Positions 9,701 to 16,376 of a stretch of 36,546 nt of DNA are shown here, piece after piece (position 1 is the first letter of the stretch; every line of letters starts with the position of its first letter). The stretch spans positions 5,357 through 41,902 of the forward strand of contig DAWO01000072.1 of assembly GCA_002509485.1 (NCBI GenBank), given 5' to 3'. The DNA comes from Methanolinea sp. UBA477 (GTDB taxonomy: Archaea; Halobacteriota; Methanomicrobia; Methanomicrobiales; Methanospirillaceae). The notes beneath the pieces are model-generated. The model saw only the letters and a program-made list of their open reading frames with translations, was not told the origin of the DNA and ran no database searches. Made by a program: the position numbers and the translations under genes.

Positions 9701-11976
9701 CGGGGGTGTACATCGTGAATCTCACGGTGACCAACGAATGCGGATCAGATACCATATCAAAGCCGGTCACGGTCCTCTCCTGCAACCCGCCGATCGCTGA
9801 CTTTGCAGCCAGTCCCAGGTCCGGCTCGACTCCGCTTGCAGTCCAGTTCACGGATCTCTCCGAAGACTACCCGTTCACCTGGTACTGGGAGTTCGGCGAC
9901 GGCCAGACCTCCAGTCTCAAGAACCCGACCCACATCTATACCAATCCCGGAACTTACACAGTGAGGCTCACGGTCACCAACAACGCGGGGGCCGACTGGA
10001 AGGTGAAGTCTGATTACATCGTTGTCGAAGGAGGCCCCGTTCCTTTGCCGGTGGCAGCATTCACTGCAACCCCAACTTCCGGGACACCTCCGCTCACCGT
10101 CCTGTTCACCGATCGCTCGACCGGGCAGCCGAACCAGTGGTCATGGGATTTCGGTGATGGTTCGAGCTCAACTACCAGGAACCCGAGCCACACGTACACC
10201 CAGGCAGGGCAGTATTCGGTGACGCTTACCGTCTCGAGTGATGCTGGCAGCGACTGGATCACAAAAGAAGGATTCATAAACGTAAATATCGGGCCGACTC
10301 CTCCGAACGCCGATTTCACCGCTGACCCGGGCTCCGGCACGGCACCGCTCATTGTCCAGTTCACCGATACGTCCACCAACAACCCGGATACCTGGTTATG
10401 GGAGTTCGGTGACGGTGCCACATCCATGGAGCAGAACCCGGAGCATACCTATGTCAATACCGGGGCCTACACCGTCAAGCTCACCGCCAGCAATGACGAC
10501 GGGAGCGATTCTGTCACAAGACCGGGTCTGATCGTCGTATCACCGCCGCTTCCACCGCTTCCTCACGCCTTCTATGGCAACATCTCCATAGCGGGTGAGC
10601 CTGCACCAGCAGGCACCCAGATCACCGGCGTGGTCGCTGAAGGCGGCGGATACGTCATAACCGATGTCGAGGGATGGTACGGAGACGCCGAGGATGATTC
10701 CAGGAACCTGATCATACAGGGTTCGATCCCGGAGGGCTCTCCTATCTCGTTCTATGCAGACGGTATTCGCGCGGAATGCTATGATGTCGCCCAGGGCAGC
10801 GGCTGGCAGCTGACCTATCCCTACGAGTGGGGCGGGTTGACCGAACTGAACCTGCGGGTTCCCGAGATACCGATCATCGAACCACCGGTTGCACGGTTTA
10901 CCGCGAACACGACGAGCGGGACCCCTCCGCTTGTCGTCCAGTTCATCGACGCGTCATTGAACTCCCCTGTCTCCTGGAACTGGGAGTTCGGTGACGGTGC
11001 CACCTCAACCGGGAGAAACCCTGTGCATACCTACCTGAACTCTGGTACATACACCGTGAGCCTCTCCGTCAGCAACCCGGCAGGGAACGATTCCACGACT
11101 ACGGCGGATTATATAACCGCTGTATCGAGCCCGGTACCACCGGTTGCCGGCTTCACCGCCGACCCGAAATCCGGGTATGTACCGCTCACCGTCCAGTTCA
11201 CCGATACCTCCACCAACGACCCCGATACCTGGTACTGGGAGTTTGGCGACGGATCGTCTTCTGAACTCCAAAATCCGCTGCATACCTACACAGAAGCGGG
11301 TACCTACACGGTGGAACTCGGGGTTGCAAACGAGTTTGGCGGGGACATCATCTCAAGGGCGGGATACATCAGCGTCGAACTGCCGTCCGAGTACTTCTAC
11401 ATCAATGCCACGGCAGGACCGGGAGGAATGATCGTACCTTCCGGGCAGATTGCAGTCCCGCCGGGAGGAAACCAGACCTTCACCATCACTTCATACTACA
11501 ATTACATCATCCAGAACGTGATGGTCGACGGCGATGCGAAGGGTGCGATCAATGAATACACCTTCTCCAATGTCACAACCGATCATACCATATCCGCCAC
11601 CTTCAAGCAGTACGGCAGCACCGGTGGCGGTGGCGGAGGGGGAGGTGGTGGTGGCGGCAGTTACTACGCCCCCGCAGCGACCACCACCATCACGACCGTG
11701 CCGACGACCACTCTGGTCGCAGACAGCGCCAAATCAGGAGCTCAAGGTGAGGATGGAGCCGATGGAGCCGATGCCACCAACGGGACCGCCGAGGTGACCA
11801 TCGGAACGACGGTGACGACCGCGGTTCCGACAACCGTCGCCGCTGCCGCGACTCCGACGCCCGCCCAGCCCTTCTGGTCAAGTTTCCCGCTCACCTGGCT
11901 GATCGGTGGAATCGTGGGAATCATCATCCTCGTGGCGATTGTCGCATATATCCTCTACATCTACATGAAAGAGTGA
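3706..11976 (+). CDS. Giant cell-surface protein (2756 aa): signal peptide, SBBP-like beta-propeller repeats, 21 PKD domains, Ig-like module, Gly12, Thr/Ala-rich stalk, C-terminal TM anchor
   Basis: The ORF is uninterrupted from 3619. I place the start at ATG 3706 (MKIERIVLLLVLLVPILGIPCVSATA is a signal peptide) because of the SD-like site. There are 21 copies of the W-x-FGDG-x-TS-x(2)-NP-x-HTY PKD signature. The C-terminus is LIGGIVGIIILVAIVAYILYIYMKE. Confidence 0.95.
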   Translation: MKIERIVLLLVLLVPILGIPCVSATADIPQDGAQLFPYTCPCDGMECVTQPDPGDLNKTFASFPLIFIRNAGQFPEDFLYMVISDAGPISFGKNGSELIMTSPGTLEPARSGYRFDGADGECLVEGVNPLACEANFFYGRDSSQWVTGVDTYRAIRYTDLYPGIDLLYEGVSAGLKSTYFVDPGADPGQIALVYHGQDEISVADDGTLVLSSVNGTITHSAPYCYQVIDGSVVEVSCDYTITETGSVGFIVGDYDRSRELVIDPVLQYSLYLKGVGMHDANGVALDSGRNAYVTGVTYETPYTVPAGSSGANAGGTDVVVVKINSGGTAPVYIAYLGGTGDETGWGIRVDDSGSAYVVGTTDSPDFPVENALQPNLAGLNDAFIAKLAPDGRSLVYSSYMGGPDEDYGYAIALDDANNAYITGSTQSSSFPVPASLQRTTRHGISDAFLMKVSSTGDELLDREFIGGWIRETGYGIAVDESGNAYIAGSTDSRDFPVTQNAFQTTWGGNWDGFVTKIAPSGDPFVYSTFLGGTEIDNCRAIDIDSEGYAYVTGQSQKSTLGTNFPTTPDAFKPENPGIISSYYTRIMPSGSALAYSTFLTGPRLDEGRGISVTPSGSVYITGITKAKNMETINAIQPTYGGDPEDAFVAKFVNGEPIPVYLTFLGGDEKDEGHAVVADGVCGVYVVGWTRSTDFPTSDPYPDPFLPTGEIAGFISLIWDYPDCCIPPVADFDADPDSGYAPLTVQFTDNSQNNVNAWFWEFGDGATSTEQNPMHTYQEIGTYTVTLTVTNDCGSDSASAPINAICLEPVANFTADPESGYAPLTVQFTDTSLNNVTSWLWDFGDETTSEEQNPTHTFNEIGTFTVTLTVNNDCGSDSTSAPITTSCLEPVANFTANPESGYAPLTVQFTDHSENNVNSWLWDFGDETTSTVQNPEHTFSEVGTYNVTLTVWNDCGTDSTSAPINTECLEPVAQFTADPTSGYAPLTVQFTDTSLNNVTSWSWEFGDGATSTEQNPTHTYQEIGTYTVTLTVTNDCGSDSTSVPINTSCLEPIAQFTAEPTSGYAPLTVQFTDQSTEDPDSWFWDFGDGATSEEQNPEHTFDEVGTYTVELTVWNDCGTDSTSTPIEAICLEPVAAFTADPDSGYAPLTVQFTDQSTEDPDSWYWDFDDGSNSTVQNPEHTFSEVGLYNVTLTVWNDCGTDSTSAPINTECLEPIAAFTADPDSGYAPLTVQFTDQSTEDPDSWFWDFGDGATSEEQNPEHTFDEAGTYTVELTVWNDCGTDSTSTPINAYYCPPPVADFTADPTSGRAPLTVQFTDQSTEDPDSWYWEFGDGATSTEQNPVHTYTSVGTYTVKLTAYNDCGYDSTTAPINAICLEPVAQFTANPTSGPAPLIVQFTDQSQNNVQSWHWDFGDGTTSNLQNPTHTFDEVGTYTVTLTVQNDCGSDSTSAPINAICLEPVAQFIADPDSGYAPLTVQFTDNSQNNVDTWFWDFGDGATSEEQNPEHTFDEAGTYTVELTVWNDCGTDSTSTPINAYYCPPPVAAFTAEPDSGYAPLTVQFTDQSTEDPDSWFWEFGDGATSTVQNPTHTFTEVGTYTVKLTAYNECGSGSTTAPINAICLEPVAAFTANPTSGGAPLIVQFTDQSQNNVQSWHWDFGDGTTSNLQNPTHTFDEVGTYTVTLTVNNDCGTDSASSDIQVLDCPPPVADFSAEPNSGYAPLTVLFTDLSTENPESWFWEFGDGSTSEEQNPEHTFTGVGTYNVKLTVWNECGFDSKTLPVQAICLEPVAQFTANPTSGYAPLTVQFTDNSLNDVISWNWNFGDGTTSTERNPTHTFTEVGTYTVTLTVTNDCGTDSTSAPINAICLEPVADFTANPNWGDVPLTVQFADTSQNNVTSWFWDFGDGTTSTVRNPEHTFTEIGTYSVTLTVENNCGTDFISRDIEVVYCPPPVADFTYEGNPCPPPLNAQFNDRSTGDPTSWYWEFGNGDTSTEQNPCYTYYDPPGVYIVNLTVTNECGSDTISKPVTVLSCNPPIADFAASPRSGSTPLAVQFTDLSEDYPFTWYWEFGDGQTSSLKNPTHIYTNPGTYTVRLTVTNNAGADWKVKSDYIVVEGGPVPLPVAAFTATPTSGTPPLTVLFTDRSTGQPNQWSWDFGDGSSSTTRNPSHTYTQAGQYSVTLTVSSDAGSDWITKEGFINVNIGPTPPNADFTADPGSGTAPLIVQFTDTSTNNPDTWLWEFGDGATSMEQNPEHTYVNTGAYTVKLTASNDDGSDSVTRPGLIVVSPPLPPLPHAFYGNISIAGEPAPAGTQITGVVAEGGGYVITDVEGWYGDAEDDSRNLIIQGSIPEGSPISFYADGIRAECYDVAQGSGWQLTYPYEWGGLTELNLRVPEIPIIEPPVARFTANTTSGTPPLVVQFIDASLNSPVSWNWEFGDGATSTGRNPVHTYLNSGTYTVSLSVSNPAGNDSTTTADYITAVSSPVPPVAGFTADPKSGYVPLTVQFTDTSTNDPDTWYWEFGDGSSSELQNPLHTYTEAGTYTVELGVANEFGGDIISRAGYISVELPSEYFYINATAGPGGMIVPSGQIAVPPGGNQTFTITSYYNYIIQNVMVDGDAKGAINEYTFSNVTTDHTISATFKQYGSTGGGGGGGGGGGGSYYAPAATTTITTVPTTTLVADSAKSGAQGEDGADGADATNGTAEVTIGTTVTTAVPTTVAAAATPTPAQPFWSSFPLTWLIGGIVGIIILVAIVAYILYIYMKE
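4540..5810 (+). other. SBBP-like beta-propeller repeat region of the giant protein
   Basis: The blade motif recurs, for example GNAYVTG-x-T-x-S-x-DFP and DAF-x-K: NAYVTGVT, SAYVVGTTDSPDFPVENA, NAYITGSTQSSSFPV, NAYIAGSTDSRDFPVTQNAF, YAYVTGQS, SVYITGIT, GVYVVGWTRSTDFPTS. Confidence 0.7.
5884..11390 (+). repeat. In-frame tandem array of 21 PKD-domain coding units (about 243 nt each), interrupted by a non-PKD insert at 10564-10881
   Basis: Units begin P-[VI]-A-x-F-[TSD]-A and contain APLTVQFTD and W-x-FGDG. Units 1-16 are head-to-tail with an 81-82 codon period. Confidence 0.9.
7432..8744 (+). repeat. Higher-order 732-nt (three PKD units) direct duplication inside the PKD array
   Basis: 7869-8012 is identical base for base to 8601-8744 (144 nt, checked by eye). 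Shadow ORFs 7532/8264 and 7784/8516 mirror each other at a constant 732-nt offset. Confidence 0.85.
11623..11658 (+). repeat. Twelve consecutive glycine codons (GGN)12
   Basis: ggt ggc ggt ggc gga ggg gga ggt ggt ggt ggc ggc, in frame with the giant ORF. Confidence 0.95.
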
Positions 11977-12000
11977 GAGAGAAGATCCGGAGTGATCATC

Positions 12001-12015
12001 TTTTTTATCCTTTTT
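12001..12015 (+). terminator. Oligo-T tracts (T6 and T5) 25 nt after the giant gene stop
   Basis: ttttttatccttttt. Archaeal termination commonly uses oligo-T. Confidence 0.4.
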
Positions 12016-12051
12016 GTGAAGTCATAAATTTTCATGATTCCTGACTGAAAT

Positions 12052-12077
12052 CCGCAAAAAAGCATAATTGCGGTTTT
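12052..12077 (+). terminator. Hairpin CCGCAA-N9-TTGCGG followed by T5
   Basis: A 6-bp stem followed directly by ttttt. This may be a backup terminator. Confidence 0.3.
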
Positions 12078-12386
12078 TCTCGTGAGCGAGGAGCCGGCGG
12101 GGTTCAGATGCCTACGCAGAAGACAGTTGTGGAAAAAATCCGGGTTGTCCGATTAGGGAAGGCAGAGGATGCCTCCACAGATGAAGATGAGACAGCCGTC
12201 TTCACGTCAACTGCGGGGGATTTATGTGCGATCATGCTTTAGCATGAGGATGCCGGAGATATTTCATCACTGAGCAGCAGACTGGATAGATTCCTGGCTT
12301 GGCTTGAACGGTTCACTCCTCTATCCTTACCCTGGTCCAGGCGAAGGCAGAGATGGTTTTTTAACCACCCGAAAACAGTCTAATCT

Positions 12387-12722
12387 ATGGATATCCCCAT
12401 TGTCTCCGGGATAATTTACTGGTTTGCCATCGCCTTCAGCGTGATAGGTTCTGCATTGATAATTTTTGGGGGATTACAGGCGGCGATAGGGCTGATCCGC
12501 TCAGCGCTGGGGCGGGAGACGAAGGAGAAGGGCAGGCTGAAGAGACAATTCACCTCGTACATCATATTCGGCCTTGAGTTCTTCATTGCCGGCGATGTGC
12601 TCACCACGGTGCTTGACCCAAGCATCGAGGACATTACCCTCCTTGGAGCAATTGTCCTGATACGGGTGATACTGGGATATTTCCTTGAGAAAGAAGCTGT
12701 GGAATTTGATACAGCAGGGTAA
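12387..12722 (+). CDS. Small integral membrane protein, DUF1622-like
   Basis: 111-aa ORF with three or four hydrophobic helices. FGLEFFIAGDVL and IVLIRVILGYFLEKE match my memory of DUF1622. Confidence 0.55.
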   Translation: MDIPIVSGIIYWFAIAFSVIGSALIIFGGLQAAIGLIRSALGRETKEKGRLKRQFTSYIIFGLEFFIAGDVLTTVLDPSIEDITLLGAIVLIRVILGYFLEKEAVEFDTAG

Positions 12723-13127
12723 TGGGCAATCCGGTTTGAAGGGGAGATTATGCTCCCGTATATTGCCTCCTCGCTGTTTTGTGTGGAAAGACCGAATCGA
12801 ATTGTTATCTACATACCAATTCAGTCACTCACAACCGCCGCCGGGGCGTCCTCACATAACTCATACCCAATTGCTCAATTATGACAGTCAATCTGAAGGT
12901 GACCGCAGGTCACCCCGGGTCGAGGGCGGAAGCCTCGCGGCATTTTCGGGGGCGGCGGCACGGCATCGCACATGGGGGTGTGGGGGCGGATAGCCCCCAT
13001 AAAATGTATCCGGTTCATCAATCCTACACACACCAGCTGGCGAAGAGCCCCTGTATCTATTATCCTAAAGAAAAGAGATGATAACGAATGACAGGCGTCA
13101 GCGCACCGGTGATCGACAGGGAATATA

Positions 13128-13867
13128 TTGCAGGGTTTTATTGAAGGGTTTTCCCATGACCGTGAGATCGAGGAATACGCGGTCGTCTCCGCATCATCCC
13201 TCCATGCACCCGCCGGCCGTGCGACCTGCTTGCCCCGCAGAGACGATGATCCTGTTTTGCCTTGAGATGGACAAGGATCTCTTCTCCGGAACCCGCCCTG
13301 AGATTTCCAGGAAAGTCCGCGACTTTGTCACAAAAATCAGGGGCGTGGAGGATGACCTCGCATCTGCCCTGAAAAGCGGAGGTTTCGATGCAACACCTGT
13401 CCGTTCGGTCATACTCTCGGATGGGACAATCAAGGGTGAACTCTCACTCCCGCATTGCGCTGCAGATGCAGGACTCGGTGAGATAGGGGACAACCGGCTG
13501 CTCATCTCGTACCGTCACGGATGCAGGATCGGACTTGGGGCTGTCGTCACGAGCATCGGCATGGAGGAGACTCCGCGGCCGGAACCGTCCGGCGAGACCT
13601 GTAACCACTGCAAAAAATGTATCAGGGCATGTCCCGAACACGCTCTGTCGCCAGGCACTCTCGATCTCTCCAGATGCAGGAACGTGACCGGCCCGGTCCC
13701 CGGATTCGTCCTGCCCGGTCATGGTCCCGTTCATGCGGTCAGGGATTCGTATCCCGTTCTCGAATTGGCTCCTCAATCTTCTCGCGAAACGCAAGGTCAA
13801 TACTTGTGCCGACTGCCTGACTTCATGCCCGCATTTTCATCAGAAACCATCAGACCAGGGTTCATGA
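13128..13867 (+). pseudogene. QueG-like / reductive-dehalogenase-related 4Fe-4S protein gene, disrupted by at least two +1 frameshifts
   Basis: N-terminal REIEEYAVVSASSLHAPAGR is in frame 0 and stops at 13263. The core, AETMILFCLEM...HCAADAGLGEIGDNRLLISYRHGCRIGLGAVVT...CNHCKKCIRACP, is in frame 1. The second cluster motif, KVNTCADCLTSCPHF, is in frame 2 and ends at TGA 13865-13867. Confidence 0.6.
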
Positions 13868-14022
13868 ACACATCGAGGGGTTCAATGGTATGATTATATG
13901 GACGCACCACACAATCCTGTGGGTAATTAACCGTATCACACCCCTTTACAGATCTGTCCCGTGAGGGGCGGGTACACAAAATGTGAGACTACATGACGAT
14001 GTTTCGAGGGAGGACCAACACC

Positions 14023-14658
14023 ATGAATCACGAAGACATTGCAGGAAAATGCCTGGAACTTGGGGAGAAGACAACACGAGGCGAGCTTGGGCAGGCAATT
14101 GCAGAGATCGTGCTGTCGTACTCCACGAGGGACCTTCAGCAGATGCGCTGGAACTTTTCCGGTTCGATCCAGGATATCAACCCGGAACTCCGGAAGAGAC
14201 TCGAAGAGACGATCACCGCACACCTGCACGGCACCTACCAGGCACTCCGGCTCATGAACCAGCAGGGGGCATTTTCCCGCATGGAAGAGCCTCTTTCAAC
14301 GAATTCGGGCGCATACTGGAAGATGGTAGCCGATCAGTGTTCTGCAGGTGATGAGGAGAAGGCCACGTTGCGGTTCCTGAAATACCTTCTCTCCGGGTTC
14401 TGCATGTTCGTCCAGGATCTCCCGGGCCACCCGGTCGGCATGCCGTTTCCCGGCGGCGACAGGGTCCAGTTTATAGACGGAGTCTATTACTGCCCGGTCA
14501 GGGAGAAGGCAAACGATGTCGATTCCGCACTCTGTCCATTCTGCCCGGCCCTCCAGACCCCTGATATGGGTTACCTGAAACCGCCGGTCAGGGCGAGCAG
14601 ACAGCGGAAGGAAGAGTTCCTCCGCCAGACCTTTGATAAACACCACTACAACGGGTGA
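14023..14658 (+). CDS. DUF2115 / UPF0305-like archaeal protein
   Basis: The ORF opens at 13993. I prefer ATG 14023 because GAGGGAGGA (14006-14014) lies 8 nt upstream. PGHPVGMPFPGG, YYCPVREK and CPFC are as I recall for UPF0305. Confidence 0.55.
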   Translation: MNHEDIAGKCLELGEKTTRGELGQAIAEIVLSYSTRDLQQMRWNFSGSIQDINPELRKRLEETITAHLHGTYQALRLMNQQGAFSRMEEPLSTNSGAYWKMVADQCSAGDEEKATLRFLKYLLSGFCMFVQDLPGHPVGMPFPGGDRVQFIDGVYYCPVREKANDVDSALCPFCPALQTPDMGYLKPPVRASRQRKEEFLRQTFDKHHYNG

Positions 14659-14792
14659 ACTGCCGGGGATTCTCTGTCAGGTGTGAATGGCGATTTTGCA
14701 CTGATACGGATAGGTTCGACCGGGCTATCTGTTCTTTCTTATTATATCCGGATCCAGGCACGCTCGCTTCCCGGCCGGCATATCCGTCTGTA

Positions 14793-15512
14793 TTACACAA
14801 TCCCAACGAGCGGTCCGTATACGATGACAATATAATACAATCCTATCACGATGAACACTGCCGCAACGACCAGTTTTACCCCCTTCTCCATCTTCTGCAC
14901 CACAGACATCATTCCTGATACCCGGTTTATCCCCTGCACGAGAACGAGGGAGATGATGATAACCGGGAGTGCGGTGGCAATCGCAAAGACGGCGGGAACA
15001 AAGAGTGCATCGCCGGTCTTCAATGCAATGGGAATGAGCATCCCGAAGAAGAGGACCGCAGAGAATGGGCAGAGGGCGAGGGCGAAGACGACCCCGAGCA
15101 GGAATCCCCCGAGATATCCCTTTTCTCCAAGATAGAGCTCGAGTTTCTGCAGCCAGCCGTGCCCCCTGGTACGTGGGATATCGACAATCTCCAGCATCAG
15201 GATTCCCATGACGACCAGGAACGGCCCGATGAGCTTCTCGCCATACTCCTGGAGGAAGAATGAGACGGCCTGGATGTTCAATCCCGCATAGACGATCAGT
15301 GCGGTAAGCCCGATATAGGCAGCCATCCTCCCGAGACTGTAGAGCGATCCGACAAGGAAGGTGTGCCGGCTGTCGCCGATCTTCCTGGAGATGAAGGCGA
15401 TCGCGGTGATGTTTGTCGCAAGGGGGCAGGGAGAGAAGGTCATCAGGAGCCCTATGAAGAACGCGGCGACCAGGGGAATTCCGCTGGTCCCGAGCGCCTC
15501 CATGCCGGCCAT
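14793..15512 (-). CDS. DsbD_2/CcdA-superfamily membrane protein, ArsG-like (putative thiol-relay or arsenical efflux permease)
   Basis: 239 aa with about six TM helices. Membrane-embedded Cys motifs are TFSPCPLATN and ALALCPFSAV. It lies immediately downstream of the ArsF-like gene (8-nt gap). Confidence 0.6.
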   Translation of the reverse strand: MAGMEALGTSGIPLVAAFFIGLLMTFSPCPLATNITAIAFISRKIGDSRHTFLVGSLYSLGRMAAYIGLTALIVYAGLNIQAVSFFLQEYGEKLIGPFLVVMGILMLEIVDIPRTRGHGWLQKLELYLGEKGYLGGFLLGVVFALALCPFSAVLFFGMLIPIALKTGDALFVPAVFAIATALPVIIISLVLVQGINRVSGMMSVVQKMEKGVKLVVAAVFIVIGLYYIVIVYGPLVGIV

Positions 15513-15520
15513 CAGGTCCG

Positions 15521-15991
15521 TCAGGAGAGGTCACCTGCCAGTCGCTTTTCGATGACCTCTCTGAGGTAGGTCATGTATTCGTCCCGGTCATCAAGCCTGT
15601 ACCATACCTTTATATCCTGCTCCTTGTGGAACCCGTCCCCGTCATACACACCGATCCAGATGGATGAGCCGGTTGGCCGGTATTTTTCCACGATCTCCCT
15701 GTTCTCAGGGAGATCGACGTTCACATGGGCAAACACGATCCTTCCGGAAGCCAGTTCGGGAGCAAAGTACGTATTCACCGTCTCTTCAGCATATTCGCCG
15801 AGTATGATGCAGGAGGTACATTGCCGGGTTGCATGAAAGTGGTAGACCTCTACCTTTTCCACTGCGCTGGATACATTATTCGCGGGGTTTTCGCTCTGTT
15901 CAACAGGAGTGGTGCATCCTGTGGCAAGTACCGCGAGTGCAACAACCAGCATGGCGACGGGTATCAGGAAAAATCTTTTATCGGTCTTCAT
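15521..15991 (-). CDS. ArsF-family-like CxxC lipoprotein (thioredoxin-like)
   Basis: 156 aa. Lipobox LATGC, then VEVYHFHATRQCTSC. This resembles proteins NCBI labels as the nitrophenyl-compound nitroreductase subunit ArsF family (from memory). Confidence 0.55.
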   Translation of the reverse strand: MKTDKRFFLIPVAMLVVALAVLATGCTTPVEQSENPANNVSSAVEKVEVYHFHATRQCTSCIILGEYAEETVNTYFAPELASGRIVFAHVNVDLPENREIVEKYRPTGSSIWIGVYDGDGFHKEQDIKVWYRLDDRDEYMTYLREVIEKRLAGDLS

Positions 15992-16376
15992 TGATCACAC
16001 TCCCCTCTCTTATTCCATTCCTGATTGCCTTGATGATGACCTGGCAGAGGCTCTCGATCTCATCGTACCGTGGCTCATCCATCCCGCGTTTGGTGATTCC
16101 TTCCCTTGTTGCGATGATGTATGCATCAGGCACCTTCCCGATCAGGTCCATCCTCTTCTTCGCACAGCATTCCTCGCATCCATCCACTGCGACAAGATAC
16201 TCGTCAGTATCAAGTTCCTTCTCCAGGGCGCGTTTGAGGGCGGTGAGCCGTACATGCCGGGAGACGAGGACCGGGTGCCGGCAATGGAGCGAATGCCCGG
16301 CCAGGGCCGTTAGTTGCCCGGTGTGGGAGATGCCCGAACAGGTCAGGAGGAGGACAGGCAGTTCTTCATCGGTCAT
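15978..16376 (-). CDS. DGC-domain putative zinc-binding protein (possibly ArsE-like)
   Basis: 132 aa. LLTCSGISHTGQL and VAVDGCEECCAKK (DGC motif). The start overlaps the arsC stop (ATGA). Confidence 0.65.
   Translation of the reverse strand: MTDEELPVLLLTCSGISHTGQLTALAGHSLHCRHPVLVSRHVRLTALKRALEKELDTDEYLVAVDGCEECCAKKRMDLIGKVPDAYIIATREGITKRGMDEPRYDEIESLCQVIIKAIRNGIREGSVINEDR

Noticed and set aside
5884-9789. A regular 243-nt periodicity that could be mistaken for a CRISPR or satellite array.
   Set aside because: The repeats are in frame, contiguous without spacers, and encode PKD domains within one long ORF.
3991-11927. Many 60-290-codon ORFs on both strands inside the giant gene, for example 8646-9518 (-), 4339-5031 (-) and 7046-7516 (+).
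   Set aside because: These are shadow ORFs of a long repetitive coding region. Their translations are low-complexity (Ser/Pro/Arg/Val-rich) and repeat with the PKD period.
11860-11976. A PGF-CTERM or other archaeosortase sorting signal at the C-terminus of the giant protein.
   Set aside because: The tail reads PAQPFWSSFPLTWLIGG...YIYMKE. There is no PGF, PEF or VPXXXP-type motif, and no basic cluster follows the helix.
12108-12242. 44-codon ORF (MPTQKTVVEKIRVVRLGKAEDAS...) in the spacer after the giant gene.
   Set aside because: It is too short, with no ribosome-site or family evidence.
14725-15534. Alternative-frame ORFs across the island, for example 14725-15534 (-), 16897-17730 (+), 19826-20455 (+), 25751-26845 (+) and 21877-22557 (the upstream part).
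   Set aside because: They overlap genes with clear family signatures and have Arg/Pro/Gly-rich shadow composition.
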